From: Candidatus Electrothrix sp. GW3-4
GTDB taxonomy: Bacteria > Desulfobacterota > Desulfobulbia > Desulfobulbales > Desulfobulbaceae
Length of the DNA: 32,000 bases
Assembly: GCF_037902255.1 (NCBI RefSeq)
Contig: NZ_CP147990.1
Span: 1,080,001-1,112,000, forward strand
Reading direction: 5' to 3'
In this document: in pieces, positions 9,590 to 18,958 of the stretch
How the letters are laid out: every line of letters starts with the position of its first letter
Position numbering within the stretch: position 1 is the stretch's first letter
Position numbers and translations under genes: made by a program
The notes under the pieces: model-generated
The model's database searches: none
Seen by the model: the letters and a program-made list of their open reading frames with translations, nothing else
Told to the model about the DNA's origin: nothing

Positions 9590-10420
9590 ATGGTCGCATT
9601 GCGCAAAAAGGCAGCCCGCTCCGCTCAAAAGAATACGGTCAAAGACCTGGGCCCATCCCCGGAGAGCGCAACAGATGAACTGCTCTGGGGGATAAATGCC
9701 GTCCACGAGGCCTTACGGAGAAATGCCCGCAGCCTGTCCGAGGTGCTGATCCAGAAAGGGAAGGCAGGTCCTAAGCTCCAGGAGCTTATCGATCTTGCCC
9801 GTGAGCATAAGGTCCGGGTTCGCTTTGTTGCAGCAGACCGTCTTCCTGTGCTGCGGAATTGTCGCCATCAAGGGGTGGTGGCCCGGCAGACAGAGGCGGA
9901 GCTTCTCTCTTTGGAGGAGTTAGTGGCACAGAGCCTGGCTGATTCCGGACGGATATTGATCCTGGATTCTATCCAGGATCCCCGTAATCTTGGTTCGATC
10001 CTCCGTTCTGCTCTGGCCGCAGGCTTTCGCAGTATTCTCCTTACCCGGGAACGGAGTGCTCCCTTATCCGGGACAGTGGCCCGGACCTCAGCCGGGGCCA
10101 TTGCCCATCTCCGTATTGCTCAGGTGGTGAATCTGGTCACGGCCCTGGATCAGCTCAAGGAACATGGCTTCTGGATCTATGGAGCAGTGGCTGAGCCATC
10201 AGCGCCCTCTCTTTACAGCACCGACTTTAACGGTCGGTTGGGCCTGGTGATCGGCAGTGAAGGAAAGGGTATTCGTCCTTTGGTGCGCAAGCACTGTGAC
10301 CAGTTGGTCACCATCCCCATGGCCACGGATTTTGACTCCCTTAATGCCTCGGTGGCTGCTGCCTTGCTGATGTTTGAGGTGGTGCGGCCGGGAAATGTTG
10401 TTGCAGAGCAACAAGGATAG
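9590..10420 (+). CDS. rlmB: 23S rRNA (guanosine-2'-O)-methyltransferase RlmB (SpoU/TrmH family)
   Basis: It has a SpoU substrate-binding N-domain (LWGINAVHEAL). SPOUT motifs are LDSIQDPRNLGSILRSA, LVIGSEGKGIR and IPM....SLNASVAAALLMFE. Confidence 0.8.
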   Translation: MVALRKKAARSAQKNTVKDLGPSPESATDELLWGINAVHEALRRNARSLSEVLIQKGKAGPKLQELIDLAREHKVRVRFVAADRLPVLRNCRHQGVVARQTEAELLSLEELVAQSLADSGRILILDSIQDPRNLGSILRSALAAGFRSILLTRERSAPLSGTVARTSAGAIAHLRIAQVVNLVTALDQLKEHGFWIYGAVAEPSAPSLYSTDFNGRLGLVIGSEGKGIRPLVRKHCDQLVTIPMATDFDSLNASVAAALLMFEVVRPGNVVAEQQG

Positions 10421-10496
10421 GGTTCACCTCTACGCTGGCAGGGGAGGAGAAACAGAGAAAAGCAGGCAGGCAACCGCTCAGATAGCAGCGCTGCGC

Positions 10497-10751
10497 CTAC
10501 AACATAAACTGTATTCTCCTCGTTATTCCTTGGACAAAGCTATTACAGCAGCCCCCTACCTTGCATGTCAGGTTTTCTACATTGCGTCCTGCAAAGATCA
10601 CCACCGGGTAGCCTCCGTGCTCTGAGCATTTCAGGGGGCCGAGGACTTTTTGGGTTGCATGGGCCTTTCTGGATAACACCGCTGCTGTCAAAGGATTTTT
10701 TACCTTGCCAGGATCCACCTCTTGTCCACAGATCTTAAAAACTATCTCCAT
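10497..10751 (-). CDS. Hypothetical small Cys-containing protein (84 aa)
   Basis: GGAGG lies 9 nt upstream of the ATG. The product is MEIVFKICGQEVDPGK...CSEHGG...CKVGGCC. No family was recognised. Confidence 0.4.
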   Translation of the reverse strand: MEIVFKICGQEVDPGKVKNPLTAAVLSRKAHATQKVLGPLKCSEHGGYPVVIFAGRNVENLTCKVGGCCNSFVQGITRRIQFML

Positions 10752-10857
10752 TTTCTTCTGCCTCCGCTTGCTGGCTCATCTTATATGGATGTGGTCAACA
10801 TATAGTAGAGGAGTATTAGGAATTGGTTAGTAACCTGTTAGAGTCTGGAAAGAAAAA

Positions 10858-10888
10858 AGGGTCGCCAGGGTGTACTGGTGACCCTTTT
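10858..10888. terminator. Bidirectional rho-independent terminator
   Basis: GGGTCGCCAG (10858-10867) pairs with CTGGTGACCC (10874-10883). The hairpin is flanked by an A-run upstream and a T-run downstream, and it lies about 70 nt past the stop of the minus-strand glsB-like gene. Confidence 0.7.
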
Positions 10889-10951
10889 TCTGTTGTTTTA
10901 TTATCATATTATCGATGCGTTGTCCCGGTTTGCCGGGAAGGATGTTTTCTT

Positions 10952-11195
10952 TTATTTTTTTATCACACGATACAGGGGCAAAAGAAGAACGCCACCGCCA
11001 GTCGCTAACAGGAGGCTCCCCAGGTTAAAGCCGGTAACCGCCCCCAGTCCGAAAAAAGAGCCGATAAAACCGCCCACAAAGGCCCCTGCTATACCTATCA
11101 GGAGAGTAAATTCCTCCAGGGTCTTTCCCAGGCATGATGAATTTTGCAAGCACGCCCACGATGAGTCCCATTACAATCCAAGACAGAATCCCCAT
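10952..11195 (-). pseudogene. GlsB/YeaQ/YmgE-family (transglycosylase-associated) membrane protein with a 1-nt frameshift
   Basis: GGAGG lies 7 nt before the ATG at 11195. That frame gives MGILSWIVMGLIVGVLAKFIMPGKDPGG and then runs out of frame. The +1 frame (track ORF 10952..11149) continues FTLLIGIAGAFVGGFIGSFFGLGAVTGFNLGSLLLATGGGVLLLPLYRVIKK. The span is 244 nt (3n+1), and the shift is near CCTGGAGGAATTTAC. Confidence 0.75.
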
Positions 11196-11540
11196 TGCTT
11201 AACCTCCTTTGCGCGATTTATGCTTCGTTAATAGTTGGACAGGCCTGTTCAGCCTTCTGCCACCTTGTTGCAAGGTGCCGTGTATAAAACCTCATACATA
11301 CTGGAGGGGCAACGTACAGGGAAACCTGCGATCGATGGTGAACAATAATCTTGTAGAGGGAAGGTAACAAGGGGAGCAGAATAGGGGAAATGGTCGCTCA
11401 TGACTCTAGGGGCAGGCTGGTGGATGTGCTGGATATGCGGATGGAGGAGAGGGGGCCAGCAGAGCAGTTGTTCTTCGCTGATCTGTTGGATCCCGCCGGT
11501 GATGAGGCGGGATCGACTCATGATTTCTGATAATCAGGGC

Positions 11541-12449
11541 CTATTCGTTGCTCTCCGGGATGTTCTCCTTTTCTTCTTCCGCCCCCTCATCCTTCTTCTT
11601 CTCAATCACCAGCACAGCACAGTGGGCCTGCCCGATGACTTTCTCAGTGACATGGCCCATGAGCAGCTTGCTCAGTCCTTTACCATGTCCGCCGATCAAG
11701 ATCATATCGACCTGCTTCTCCTCTGCTGTTTTTGCGATGATATCAGCAGAAGGTTTGCCGACAAGGGCCAGAGGGTGAAATGTGACTGACGGTACCTGTT
11801 CCTGTCCTTTGTGACAGGCCGCTTCGGCCAAGGCCTGAGCCTCTTCACGTTCGCTCTCGGAACTTGCCACGGAAAGCACATGGATCTCTTTCAGACTGGA
11901 GCAGTTTTTGCCCATGCCGATAGCCGTCTCAGCCGTTATTTCACCATCCTCCGAACCGTCAGTCGCAACCAGGATTTTTTCTCCTTTGATGAGAGAATCT
12001 TCAGGGACGACCAGGACCTGGGGAAAGCCCTGCCCGATCACTTTAGAGGTCATGCTGCCCACTAGCAGCTTCAGCAGGCCCCTTTTGCCGTGACGGCCCA
12101 TGATCAGGACATCCGCCTTGTGTTTGTACGCCAGGTCGACAAGGGTTTTTTCTGGACTGTAGTACGATTCCTCAATAATAATATCGCATTCAATGCCGCT
12201 ATCATCAGCCATCTTCTTGATGTTATCGAGATAATCAGTCACGTCTTGGGGTACATTCATGGAAGAGGTGCGAAGGCCAGTCACCGATCCCGAATCAACG
12301 GCAATCACATTCAGGACAATAAGCTTTGCTCCACATCCCTGAGCCAGGAAGATCGCTTCCTGTACCGCTCCGTCTGTGAACGAAGAACCGTCCGTGGCAA
12401 GGGCGATAACTTCAGCTTCGCCCAACAGTTGTGTATTGTGCTTTGTCAT
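11541..12449 (-). CDS. Tandem universal stress protein (two UspA domains)
   Basis: Two repeats show the USP pattern (ILVATDGS...; ...LIVMGRHGKRGLLKLLVGSMTSKVI and ...ILIGGHGKGLSKLLMGHVTEKVI). Confidence 0.85.
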   Translation of the reverse strand: MTKHNTQLLGEAEVIALATDGSSFTDGAVQEAIFLAQGCGAKLIVLNVIAVDSGSVTGLRTSSMNVPQDVTDYLDNIKKMADDSGIECDIIIEESYYSPEKTLVDLAYKHKADVLIMGRHGKRGLLKLLVGSMTSKVIGQGFPQVLVVPEDSLIKGEKILVATDGSEDGEITAETAIGMGKNCSSLKEIHVLSVASSESEREEAQALAEAACHKGQEQVPSVTFHPLALVGKPSADIIAKTAEEKQVDMILIGGHGKGLSKLLMGHVTEKVIGQAHCAVLVIEKKKDEGAEEEKENIPESNE

Positions 12450-12575
12450 TCTTCCTGTCTCCTTTCTAATAATGAAAATAGGATCTGCGGTGCCTGATAG
12501 TTGCGGGATCGCCGTAGAATTTGATTCCTTGTTTATACCAAGTTGTGGAAAATATCAAGTCTCACGAATACGGCA

Positions 12576-14336
12576 CTATGATACCCATCCTGTATCGTCT
12601 TGTCGGCATTCTTTAAAGAGCTGTATTTGACAGGTTGAACATTTATTGCTGTCCATATTTTGGTAGATCGCCGCAATTGCATGCCGTTTATGATTAAAGA
12701 AATGATCCGCTCCGATCTCCTTAATGAAGCCTGATGCGGCAGCAAATTTATAGACAGATGACTTCATGTTGACAAAATAGAGGCCCCCATTCATGTTTTT
12801 CAAGCGTTTGTTTTCCGCAATCAAGGCCTCTGTCCCTGCCAGATCAATCAGGTTGATGCTCGTGGCAATAATGAGGATATTGTATATGCCCTCTTTGTCA
12901 GATATCTCGGCAAGATGATTTTGGATATGATTGATTGAACCGAAATAGATGGACCTGTCGATCCTGATGATCTTCAGTTGTGAGCATTCCGGCAGCGGCT
13001 TCTGCCCAGTATCAATAAACTTTCTGACGCTCTCGTCCTCATCCACCGAGATTGTCAGGATCTCCGGTGTTGATGTCTTGGCGAGAAAAAGAACCAGGGA
13101 AAGGAGGACGCCTAAATAAATGGCAAACTCCAGTTCAAGAAACAGCGTGGCAAAAAAGGTGGTCAGCAGCACTGCGGTTTCAGACTTGCTGAGCCTTATG
13201 ATCCGCTTGATATGATGAAAATCTATCAGGTTGTAGGCAACCAGCAGGATTACTCCGCCCATGGCCGCAATGGGAAGATATGCGGTCATGGGCGCAATGA
13301 GCAGGATGATACACATCAGGGCAATGGCTGCAAATATGGCGGAAAGCGGGGTCTTGGCCCCGGCCTCATAGTTGATTCCAGAGCGGGTAAAGGAACCGGA
13401 GCCTGCATAGCTGGACATAAAACTGCCGCAGATATTGGACAGGCCCTGACCTATGAATTCCTGATTTGAGTTGATGCGCTGATTGGATTTGGTGGCAACG
13501 GCCCGGCTGATAGACACGGCCTCAATCAGACCCAGCAGAGCAATGGCAAAGGCATCAGGGGCCAGCATCTTGATAGTGGAAGGAGAAAAATCAGGCAAGG
13601 AAAACGGCGGTAGTTGAGCAGGGATCTGGCCGACCAGTTCGATACTGCCTGGAGCTGTTATATTCAATTTTTTGAAGAAGAGCGCAAGGAGGCTGCCCAC
13701 AATCATACCGATAAGCAGATTCGGTGCCTTGGGCAATATTTTTTTCGACAAAAGAGAGACCACCAGGGTCAGTGCCCCGATAACCAAAAGGAATATATTA
13801 AAGTCATCACATCCCTGGTACAACCTGACCCACGTAGAGAGAAAGGATTCTCCTTTGGGGACCGATATCCCGGTTATATGCTTAAGCTGGCTGGTGGCAA
13901 TGAGGATGGCGGCCCCAGCGGTAAACCCAATGACCACTGTATGGGAGACAAAATTAACCAGGCTACCCAGCCGGGCAAGACCAAAGGAGAGCTGATAGAC
14001 CCCGGCCAGGAAGGTAAGGGTCAGCGCGATATGGACAAACTCCCTGGTGCCTGGTTCGGCATAATGACTCACCGCAGAAAACACCACAATGGAAATAGCA
14101 GTGGTGGGGCCGGAAATCAAATGAAAGGAGGATCCGAACAGTGCAGCAATAATCGGGGTGATCATTGCTGTATACAGCCCGTATTCCGGGGGCAGGCCAG
14201 CAATGGTTGCAAAGGCAACTCCCTGGGGGAGCACGATGACCGCACCGGTCAGGCCTGCCATAAGATCATCTTTGATGGTTTCCTTGGTTATCAGCTTGAA
14301 CCAGCGGAGAAAAGGAAACAGTGATGTGAGCTTCAT
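12576..14336 (-). CDS. SulP-family anion permease with C-terminal STAS domain
   Basis: The N-terminus DLMAGLTGAVIVLPQGVAFATIAGLPPEYGLYTA is the SulP signature. It has multiple TM helices and a STAS-like C-terminus (IIRIDRSIYFGSINHI...). Confidence 0.9.
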   Translation of the reverse strand: MKLTSLFPFLRWFKLITKETIKDDLMAGLTGAVIVLPQGVAFATIAGLPPEYGLYTAMITPIIAALFGSSFHLISGPTTAISIVVFSAVSHYAEPGTREFVHIALTLTFLAGVYQLSFGLARLGSLVNFVSHTVVIGFTAGAAILIATSQLKHITGISVPKGESFLSTWVRLYQGCDDFNIFLLVIGALTLVVSLLSKKILPKAPNLLIGMIVGSLLALFFKKLNITAPGSIELVGQIPAQLPPFSLPDFSPSTIKMLAPDAFAIALLGLIEAVSISRAVATKSNQRINSNQEFIGQGLSNICGSFMSSYAGSGSFTRSGINYEAGAKTPLSAIFAAIALMCIILLIAPMTAYLPIAAMGGVILLVAYNLIDFHHIKRIIRLSKSETAVLLTTFFATLFLELEFAIYLGVLLSLVLFLAKTSTPEILTISVDEDESVRKFIDTGQKPLPECSQLKIIRIDRSIYFGSINHIQNHLAEISDKEGIYNILIIATSINLIDLAGTEALIAENKRLKNMNGGLYFVNMKSSVYKFAAASGFIKEIGADHFFNHKRHAIAAIYQNMDSNKCSTCQIQLFKECRQDDTGWVS

Positions 14337-14609
14337 TATATTTTTCCTCTTATGGGATCAAAAAAGGTATCGTAATAAGGTTACGTTATTTTTATTCAAA
14401 GCGAGTCGGTATGTTCCGTCTTCATTCTCGTTGCCAGAGGTCATGTTGAGCTGCACAATACCATTATCAAGCATTGTAACATGATGCAGAAGTAACAGGT
14501 TTTGTTTTTATTTCAAGGGGTAATTCTGGTGTATTCAGCAATGCTGAAATGGGGATCATCGTTGGTGATAGAGAGAGGGGCGGGTTGAAAGCAGTACAAA
14601 GGCACCTCA

Positions 14610-15716
14610 TTACAACTCAGCTCCTTGCTTCTTATTCTGTTCTGGAAAGAGGGCGAGCAGGGCCTCCTTCTTTGCCGTGCAGACCCCTCGTTCGGTGATC
14701 AGGCCGGTGACCAGACGGGCCGGAGTCACATCAAAGGCCGGGTTGGCCGCCTTGGTCTGTTCCGGGGCAATCCGTACCTGCTGTACCTTGCCATCTTCGG
14801 CTAAACCCGAAACAAGGAGGACTTCTTCCTGGTCCCGTTCTTCAATAGGAATTTTCGCACCGTCCTCCAGGGTCCAGTCAATGGTGGAGGAGGGCAGGGC
14901 CACATAAAAGGGCACCCCGTTGTCTGCGGCGGCCAAGGCCTTGAGGTACGTGCCGATTTTATTGCAGACATCGCCAGTGCAGGTGGTCCGGTCCGTACCG
15001 ACAATGCAGAGATCCACCTGGCCCTGTTGCATGAGATGACCACCGCTGTTATCCACAATCAGGTGATGGTCAATACCTGCCGAAGCCAGCTCCCAGGCCG
15101 TGAGATGGGCCCCCTGATTGCGAGGCCGTGTTTCATCCACCCAGACATGAACCGGGATCCCGGCAGCATGGGCCTTGAAGATCGGTGCCAAGGCCGTGCC
15201 CCAGTCCACGGTTGCCAGCCAACCCGCATTACAGTGGGTGAGGATGTTGACCGTATCGCCTTTTTCTGCATATTTTTCCCGAATGAGCTCCAGGCCGTGC
15301 TCGCCCAGGGCCTCGTTGACCCGGACATCTTCATCGCAGATGGCAGCCGCCTCTGTATAGGCCTTTTCCAGGCGCTCTTCCAGGGGCAGGTTACTCAGCA
15401 GAGAGCGCATTCGTTCCACGGCCCAGCGTAGGTTCACTGCTGTGGGTCTGGCCGCAATCAAGGCGGTGCAGACGGCCTCCAGGCGAGCGTCAGAACAATC
15501 TTCATTAAGGCCGAGACAGACACCGTAGGCGGCAGTGGCCCCGATGAGGGGGGCACCACGCACCAGCATATCCCTGATAGCGAGCACTGCATCATCCAGG
15601 GTGCGCAGGCTGACGCTTGCAAAACAATGGGGCAGTTTGGTTTGATCAATAATGGCGACGGAACGTCTGTCAGCTTCGGGCCAGATACAACGATAAGGGG
15701 TTCCGTTTACTTGCAT
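14610..15716 (-). CDS. mtnA: S-methyl-5-thioribose-1-phosphate isomerase
   Basis: IDQTKLPH......[20 protein letters not shown] and [16 protein letters not shown] motifs belong to the MtnA/eIF-2B family. Confidence 0.85.
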   Translation of the reverse strand: MQVNGTPYRCIWPEADRRSVAIIDQTKLPHCFASVSLRTLDDAVLAIRDMLVRGAPLIGATAAYGVCLGLNEDCSDARLEAVCTALIAARPTAVNLRWAVERMRSLLSNLPLEERLEKAYTEAAAICDEDVRVNEALGEHGLELIREKYAEKGDTVNILTHCNAGWLATVDWGTALAPIFKAHAAGIPVHVWVDETRPRNQGAHLTAWELASAGIDHHLIVDNSGGHLMQQGQVDLCIVGTDRTTCTGDVCNKIGTYLKALAAADNGVPFYVALPSSTIDWTLEDGAKIPIEERDQEEVLLVSGLAEDGKVQQVRIAPEQTKAANPAFDVTPARLVTGLITERGVCTAKKEALLALFPEQNKKQGAEL

Positions 15717-16075
15717 AATTATTTTGTCTGAGATTGGTGTGCCGTGGGAACACTGAGCTGGAGCGGGGTGCTGGCTGGAGCTCGCCCGCAGAAAAGGGCG
15801 TTAATCGTCTGATCAGGGTAAATCAGAACAAATTTTGGCGAGGAATTCAAGCTGAAAGAGCGTGTCTCTATCGGATCTGTGTGGAGATCAAGAGATGGAA
15901 GGGATGAATGAGGACAGGGGAGAGGGAAAAGGGAAAACGTCCTTTGCTAAAGCATAGGTATTGCCGAAGAGATCGTGAATATCGCCTCATTATTTCAATA
16001 GAAGAAGATGGTTAGATCTGTTATTACATGGGGACGACAGTTAACTCCACATGAAAGGCCGAGGAACCAAAACCA

Positions 16076-17386
16076 ATGGGACATATTACAAATTCAGAGA
16101 ACGGATATCACTTACTGCAAAATCGTCTCTCGCAAAAGGTGCAGGGGAATAGTGAATCAGAGACCTTGATAAAAATTCTACAGATGTTGTTTTCCCCTGA
16201 AGATGCTGCGCTTGCCGGAAAACTTCCTCATCGTCTTACACCGATTGATGTCTTAGCAACAGAACTTGGCTTGCCGGAACGTGAGTTTGCTGAAAAAATT
16301 ATAGAGATGGCCAAGCAGGGTATTATTTTTGACTTGGTCCATAAAGGTCGTCGTTATGTGATGTTGCCTCCAGTGGTCATCGGTTTTTTTGAGTTTGTTT
16401 TTATGCGGGTTCGTCCTGATCTCCCCATGCAAGAATTGGCACATCTGTTTGAAACATATTTTAACGAAGAGGATGGGATCCTCTTTCGATCATTCTGGCA
16501 GGGACAGACGCAGCAGACACGGACCTTTGTCATGGAGGAGACGATACCGCAGAATGATCATGCAGAAATTCTTGACTGGGAAAGGGCAACGCAGGTGATC
16601 TTCAGCGCAACAGCGATATCCGTGGGTAAATGTCAATGTCACCATACTGCACAACATCATGGCACGGCCTGTGATAAACCCGAAGAGGTCTGTCTGACCT
16701 TTAATTATATTGCAGAAAGCCTGGCAAAAAAAGGACATGCGCGGGCTATATCAAAGGATGAAGCAAAGGATATACTCCGTAGGTGCAAAGAGCATAATCT
16801 GATCCAGATAGGCGATAATGTCCAGCGTAAGGTCGCCTTTATCTGTAATTGTTGCTCATGCTGCTGTCATCTGCTCAGAGGTATCCGGAATTATGAGGTC
16901 AAAAACGGTGTTGTTTCTTCAAATTGGATTATGGGGGTTGATTTGGCAAAATGCACTGGATGCGGCAAATGCGTCAAGGTCTGTCCTGTCGGTGCAATAC
17001 AGATGAATGAGAGCGAAGACAGAGGCCACCGGAAGAGATGGGTAAGCCGGGATGCCAGCATCTGCCTGGGCTGCGGTGTTTGCAGCAAAGTATGCAGAAG
17101 CGGCGGAGCCGTTATGCAGCCCCGTGCCCAACGGACCATCGCCCCGGAAACGATTTTTGATCAACAGCTCAGCATGGCTGTCGAGAGAGGGCGGCTGGCC
17201 GAACTTCTTTTTGATCATCCAGAGAAACTCAGTCACCGGGCATTAGGAAGGCTTGTCAAACTGATTGAGCAGTCAGCCCCCTTCAGGGCCGCAATGGCCT
17301 CGGAAGCGATTAAATCTTCTCTTGTTGAGATCCTGGTGAAAGGGGCAAAGAAACAGATCGGAGACCTTGCAGAAGAGCTGAGCTGA
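16076..17386 (+). CDS. 4Fe-4S dicluster domain protein with additional Cys-rich region
   Basis: It has two ferredoxin motifs, CTGCGKCVKVCP and CLGCGVCSKVC, plus an upstream FICNCCSCCCH cluster. The precise function is not recognised. Confidence 0.7.
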   Translation: MGHITNSENGYHLLQNRLSQKVQGNSESETLIKILQMLFSPEDAALAGKLPHRLTPIDVLATELGLPEREFAEKIIEMAKQGIIFDLVHKGRRYVMLPPVVIGFFEFVFMRVRPDLPMQELAHLFETYFNEEDGILFRSFWQGQTQQTRTFVMEETIPQNDHAEILDWERATQVIFSATAISVGKCQCHHTAQHHGTACDKPEEVCLTFNYIAESLAKKGHARAISKDEAKDILRRCKEHNLIQIGDNVQRKVAFICNCCSCCCHLLRGIRNYEVKNGVVSSNWIMGVDLAKCTGCGKCVKVCPVGAIQMNESEDRGHRKRWVSRDASICLGCGVCSKVCRSGGAVMQPRAQRTIAPETIFDQQLSMAVERGRLAELLFDHPEKLSHRALGRLVKLIEQSAPFRAAMASEAIKSSLVEILVKGAKKQIGDLAEELS

Positions 17387-17483
17387 TTCTGGCTGTTGTG
17401 TCAAACGATGCTTTTTTTTCAGGGGTGAGAGAGGCGCTCCTGCCCGGTTGTCGTCATCGCGGGGTTCATTTCTTGCCCTGAAT

Positions 17484-18554
17484 TTACGCCCCTCTCTTTT
17501 GCGTGCGGAATTCCTGCAAAGAGACAATGATCAGGGTGATCGCTGTCAGCGGCAGCACAAAATAGAGCATGACCGCACTGAATCGGGGCAAAACCTCGTG
17601 TTGGGATGCGGCCAGAATGAGATAAAGGGTGTAGGCCAGGTAGTAGCCAAAGAACAAGAGCCCCTCTTTTCTGCTGATAACGCCTCCGGTAAAAAATACC
17701 GGCAGACATGCCAGGGCAACAGCGATCATAACGGGCAGATCGAACCTGATTATTGAGGGAGAGACTGCAATGCCTGTGGGGGAGATGGCAGCGGCAACGC
17801 CGAGTACTGCCATGAGATTAAAGATATTGCTGCCGACCACATTGCCCACGGCCATGTCGCGTTCTCCGCGAAGGGCGGCAATGACCGAGGTGACAGCTTC
17901 AGGCAGCGAGGTGCCAGCAGCCACGATGGTCAGACCGATAATTAATTCGCTGAGTTTCAGATATTCGGCAAAGGCGACCGCACTGTTGACAAACCAGCGC
18001 GACCCCATGATTAACAGCATCAGCCCCCCTATGACCAGGATGATGTTGTGAGTCCATTGCGGTTGCTCAGTCTCTGCCCCGGCAATGTCGTCCACCTCCG
18101 TCTCCCTCTTTTCTTTTCGGCTTTGATGAATCAGGAACCACAGATAGAGAACCAGCCCTGCAATCAGCAGGATACCGTCCAACCTTCCCAGGTTTCCATC
18201 CAGCGAAAGCAGCAGGACTAAGGTCGAAAGCAGGATGAGCAGAGGTATATCAAGCCGTATCAGCTGCCGGGAGACAGACAGGGGAATAATGATTGCGGAC
18301 AGGCCCAGGATAAAAAGCACATTCATAATATTGCTGCCTATCACATTCCCCAGGGCAATATCTGCCTGACCGGCAAGCGATGACTTGATGCCGACCGCAA
18401 GCTCGGGGGAACTGGTGGCAAAGGCCACGACGGTCAGGCCGATAACCAATGGAGAGACACCAAGCGCGCTCGCCAGGCGTGATGCCCCTTTGACTAGAAT
18501 TTCAGCACCGACGACCAGCAGTACCAGTCCGGCAATAAACAAGATGATTGACAT
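17484..18554 (-). CDS. Ca2+/cation antiporter (CaCA, YrbG-like)
   Basis: Two alpha-repeat halves are present (GLTVVAFATSSPELAV and GLTIVAAGTSLPEAVTS) with GNVIGSNI / GNVVGSNIFN. The start is set at the ATG at 18554 (MSIILFIAG...), inside the longer track ORF. Confidence 0.85.
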   Translation of the reverse strand: MSIILFIAGLVLLVVGAEILVKGASRLASALGVSPLVIGLTVVAFATSSPELAVGIKSSLAGQADIALGNVIGSNIMNVLFILGLSAIIIPLSVSRQLIRLDIPLLILLSTLVLLLSLDGNLGRLDGILLIAGLVLYLWFLIHQSRKEKRETEVDDIAGAETEQPQWTHNIILVIGGLMLLIMGSRWFVNSAVAFAEYLKLSELIIGLTIVAAGTSLPEAVTSVIAALRGERDMAVGNVVGSNIFNLMAVLGVAAAISPTGIAVSPSIIRFDLPVMIAVALACLPVFFTGGVISRKEGLLFFGYYLAYTLYLILAASQHEVLPRFSAVMLYFVLPLTAITLIIVSLQEFRTQKRGA

Positions 18555-18843
18555 AACAGTTTGCTGATTTTTTATGGAGTTTTTTTGTTGAGCTATTTTG
18601 AAAGGTAATGGCACGTTGCTATCCCTTGCCTGGCTCCGATTCTGCATGGGGTAGGATACTGTTCTTTTTCTTCGCCTGCAAGTAGATGTGACCGGAAGAG
18701 TAACGGAACCGTGGGACGCAATTTTTGGGCTGTGATAGCGATGGGGTATATTTTTTTATTACTCCAACGGCATCCTTTCATCTTCTGTTCATCTTGCTTC
18801 TGTTATAGTCGTTAAAAACATTCAGTTCATATTCAACCCAATA

Positions 18844-18882
18844 CCTTGGTAGGTTTACTCCTCCTTTTTTTTCCTACCAGGG
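18844..18882. terminator. Possible stem-loop downstream of modC
   Basis: CCTTGGTAGG (18844-18853) pairs 9/10 with CCTACCAGGG (18873-18882) across a 19-nt loop. The T-tail is poor on the minus strand, so terminator function is uncertain. Confidence 0.3.
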
Positions 18883-18958
18883 TATTTTTATGCCTTTTGG
18901 CATTTCCATGCCTTGGTCGCAACAGTATCTGCAGGCGGGTTACACAAGGCCTTGCCGA

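Noticed and set aside
10924-10960. CCCGG-tttg-CCGGG hairpin followed by a T-rich tract on the plus strand, resembling a terminator.
   Set aside because: No plus-strand gene ends nearby. On the minus strand it lacks a T-tail. The adjacent hairpin at 10858-10888 already explains termination.
11249-11521. 90-aa minus-strand ORF downstream of the USP gene.
   Set aside because: It has no ribosome-binding site, an unusual composition and no recognisable motif. It is treated as non-coding (see the low-interest finding on this gap).
15717-16075. 360-bp purine-rich divergent intergenic region between mtnA and the 4Fe-4S gene, checked for a SAM or other riboswitch.
   Set aside because: No conserved riboswitch core or convincing nested helices were recognisable by eye. 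It is probably just divergent promoters.
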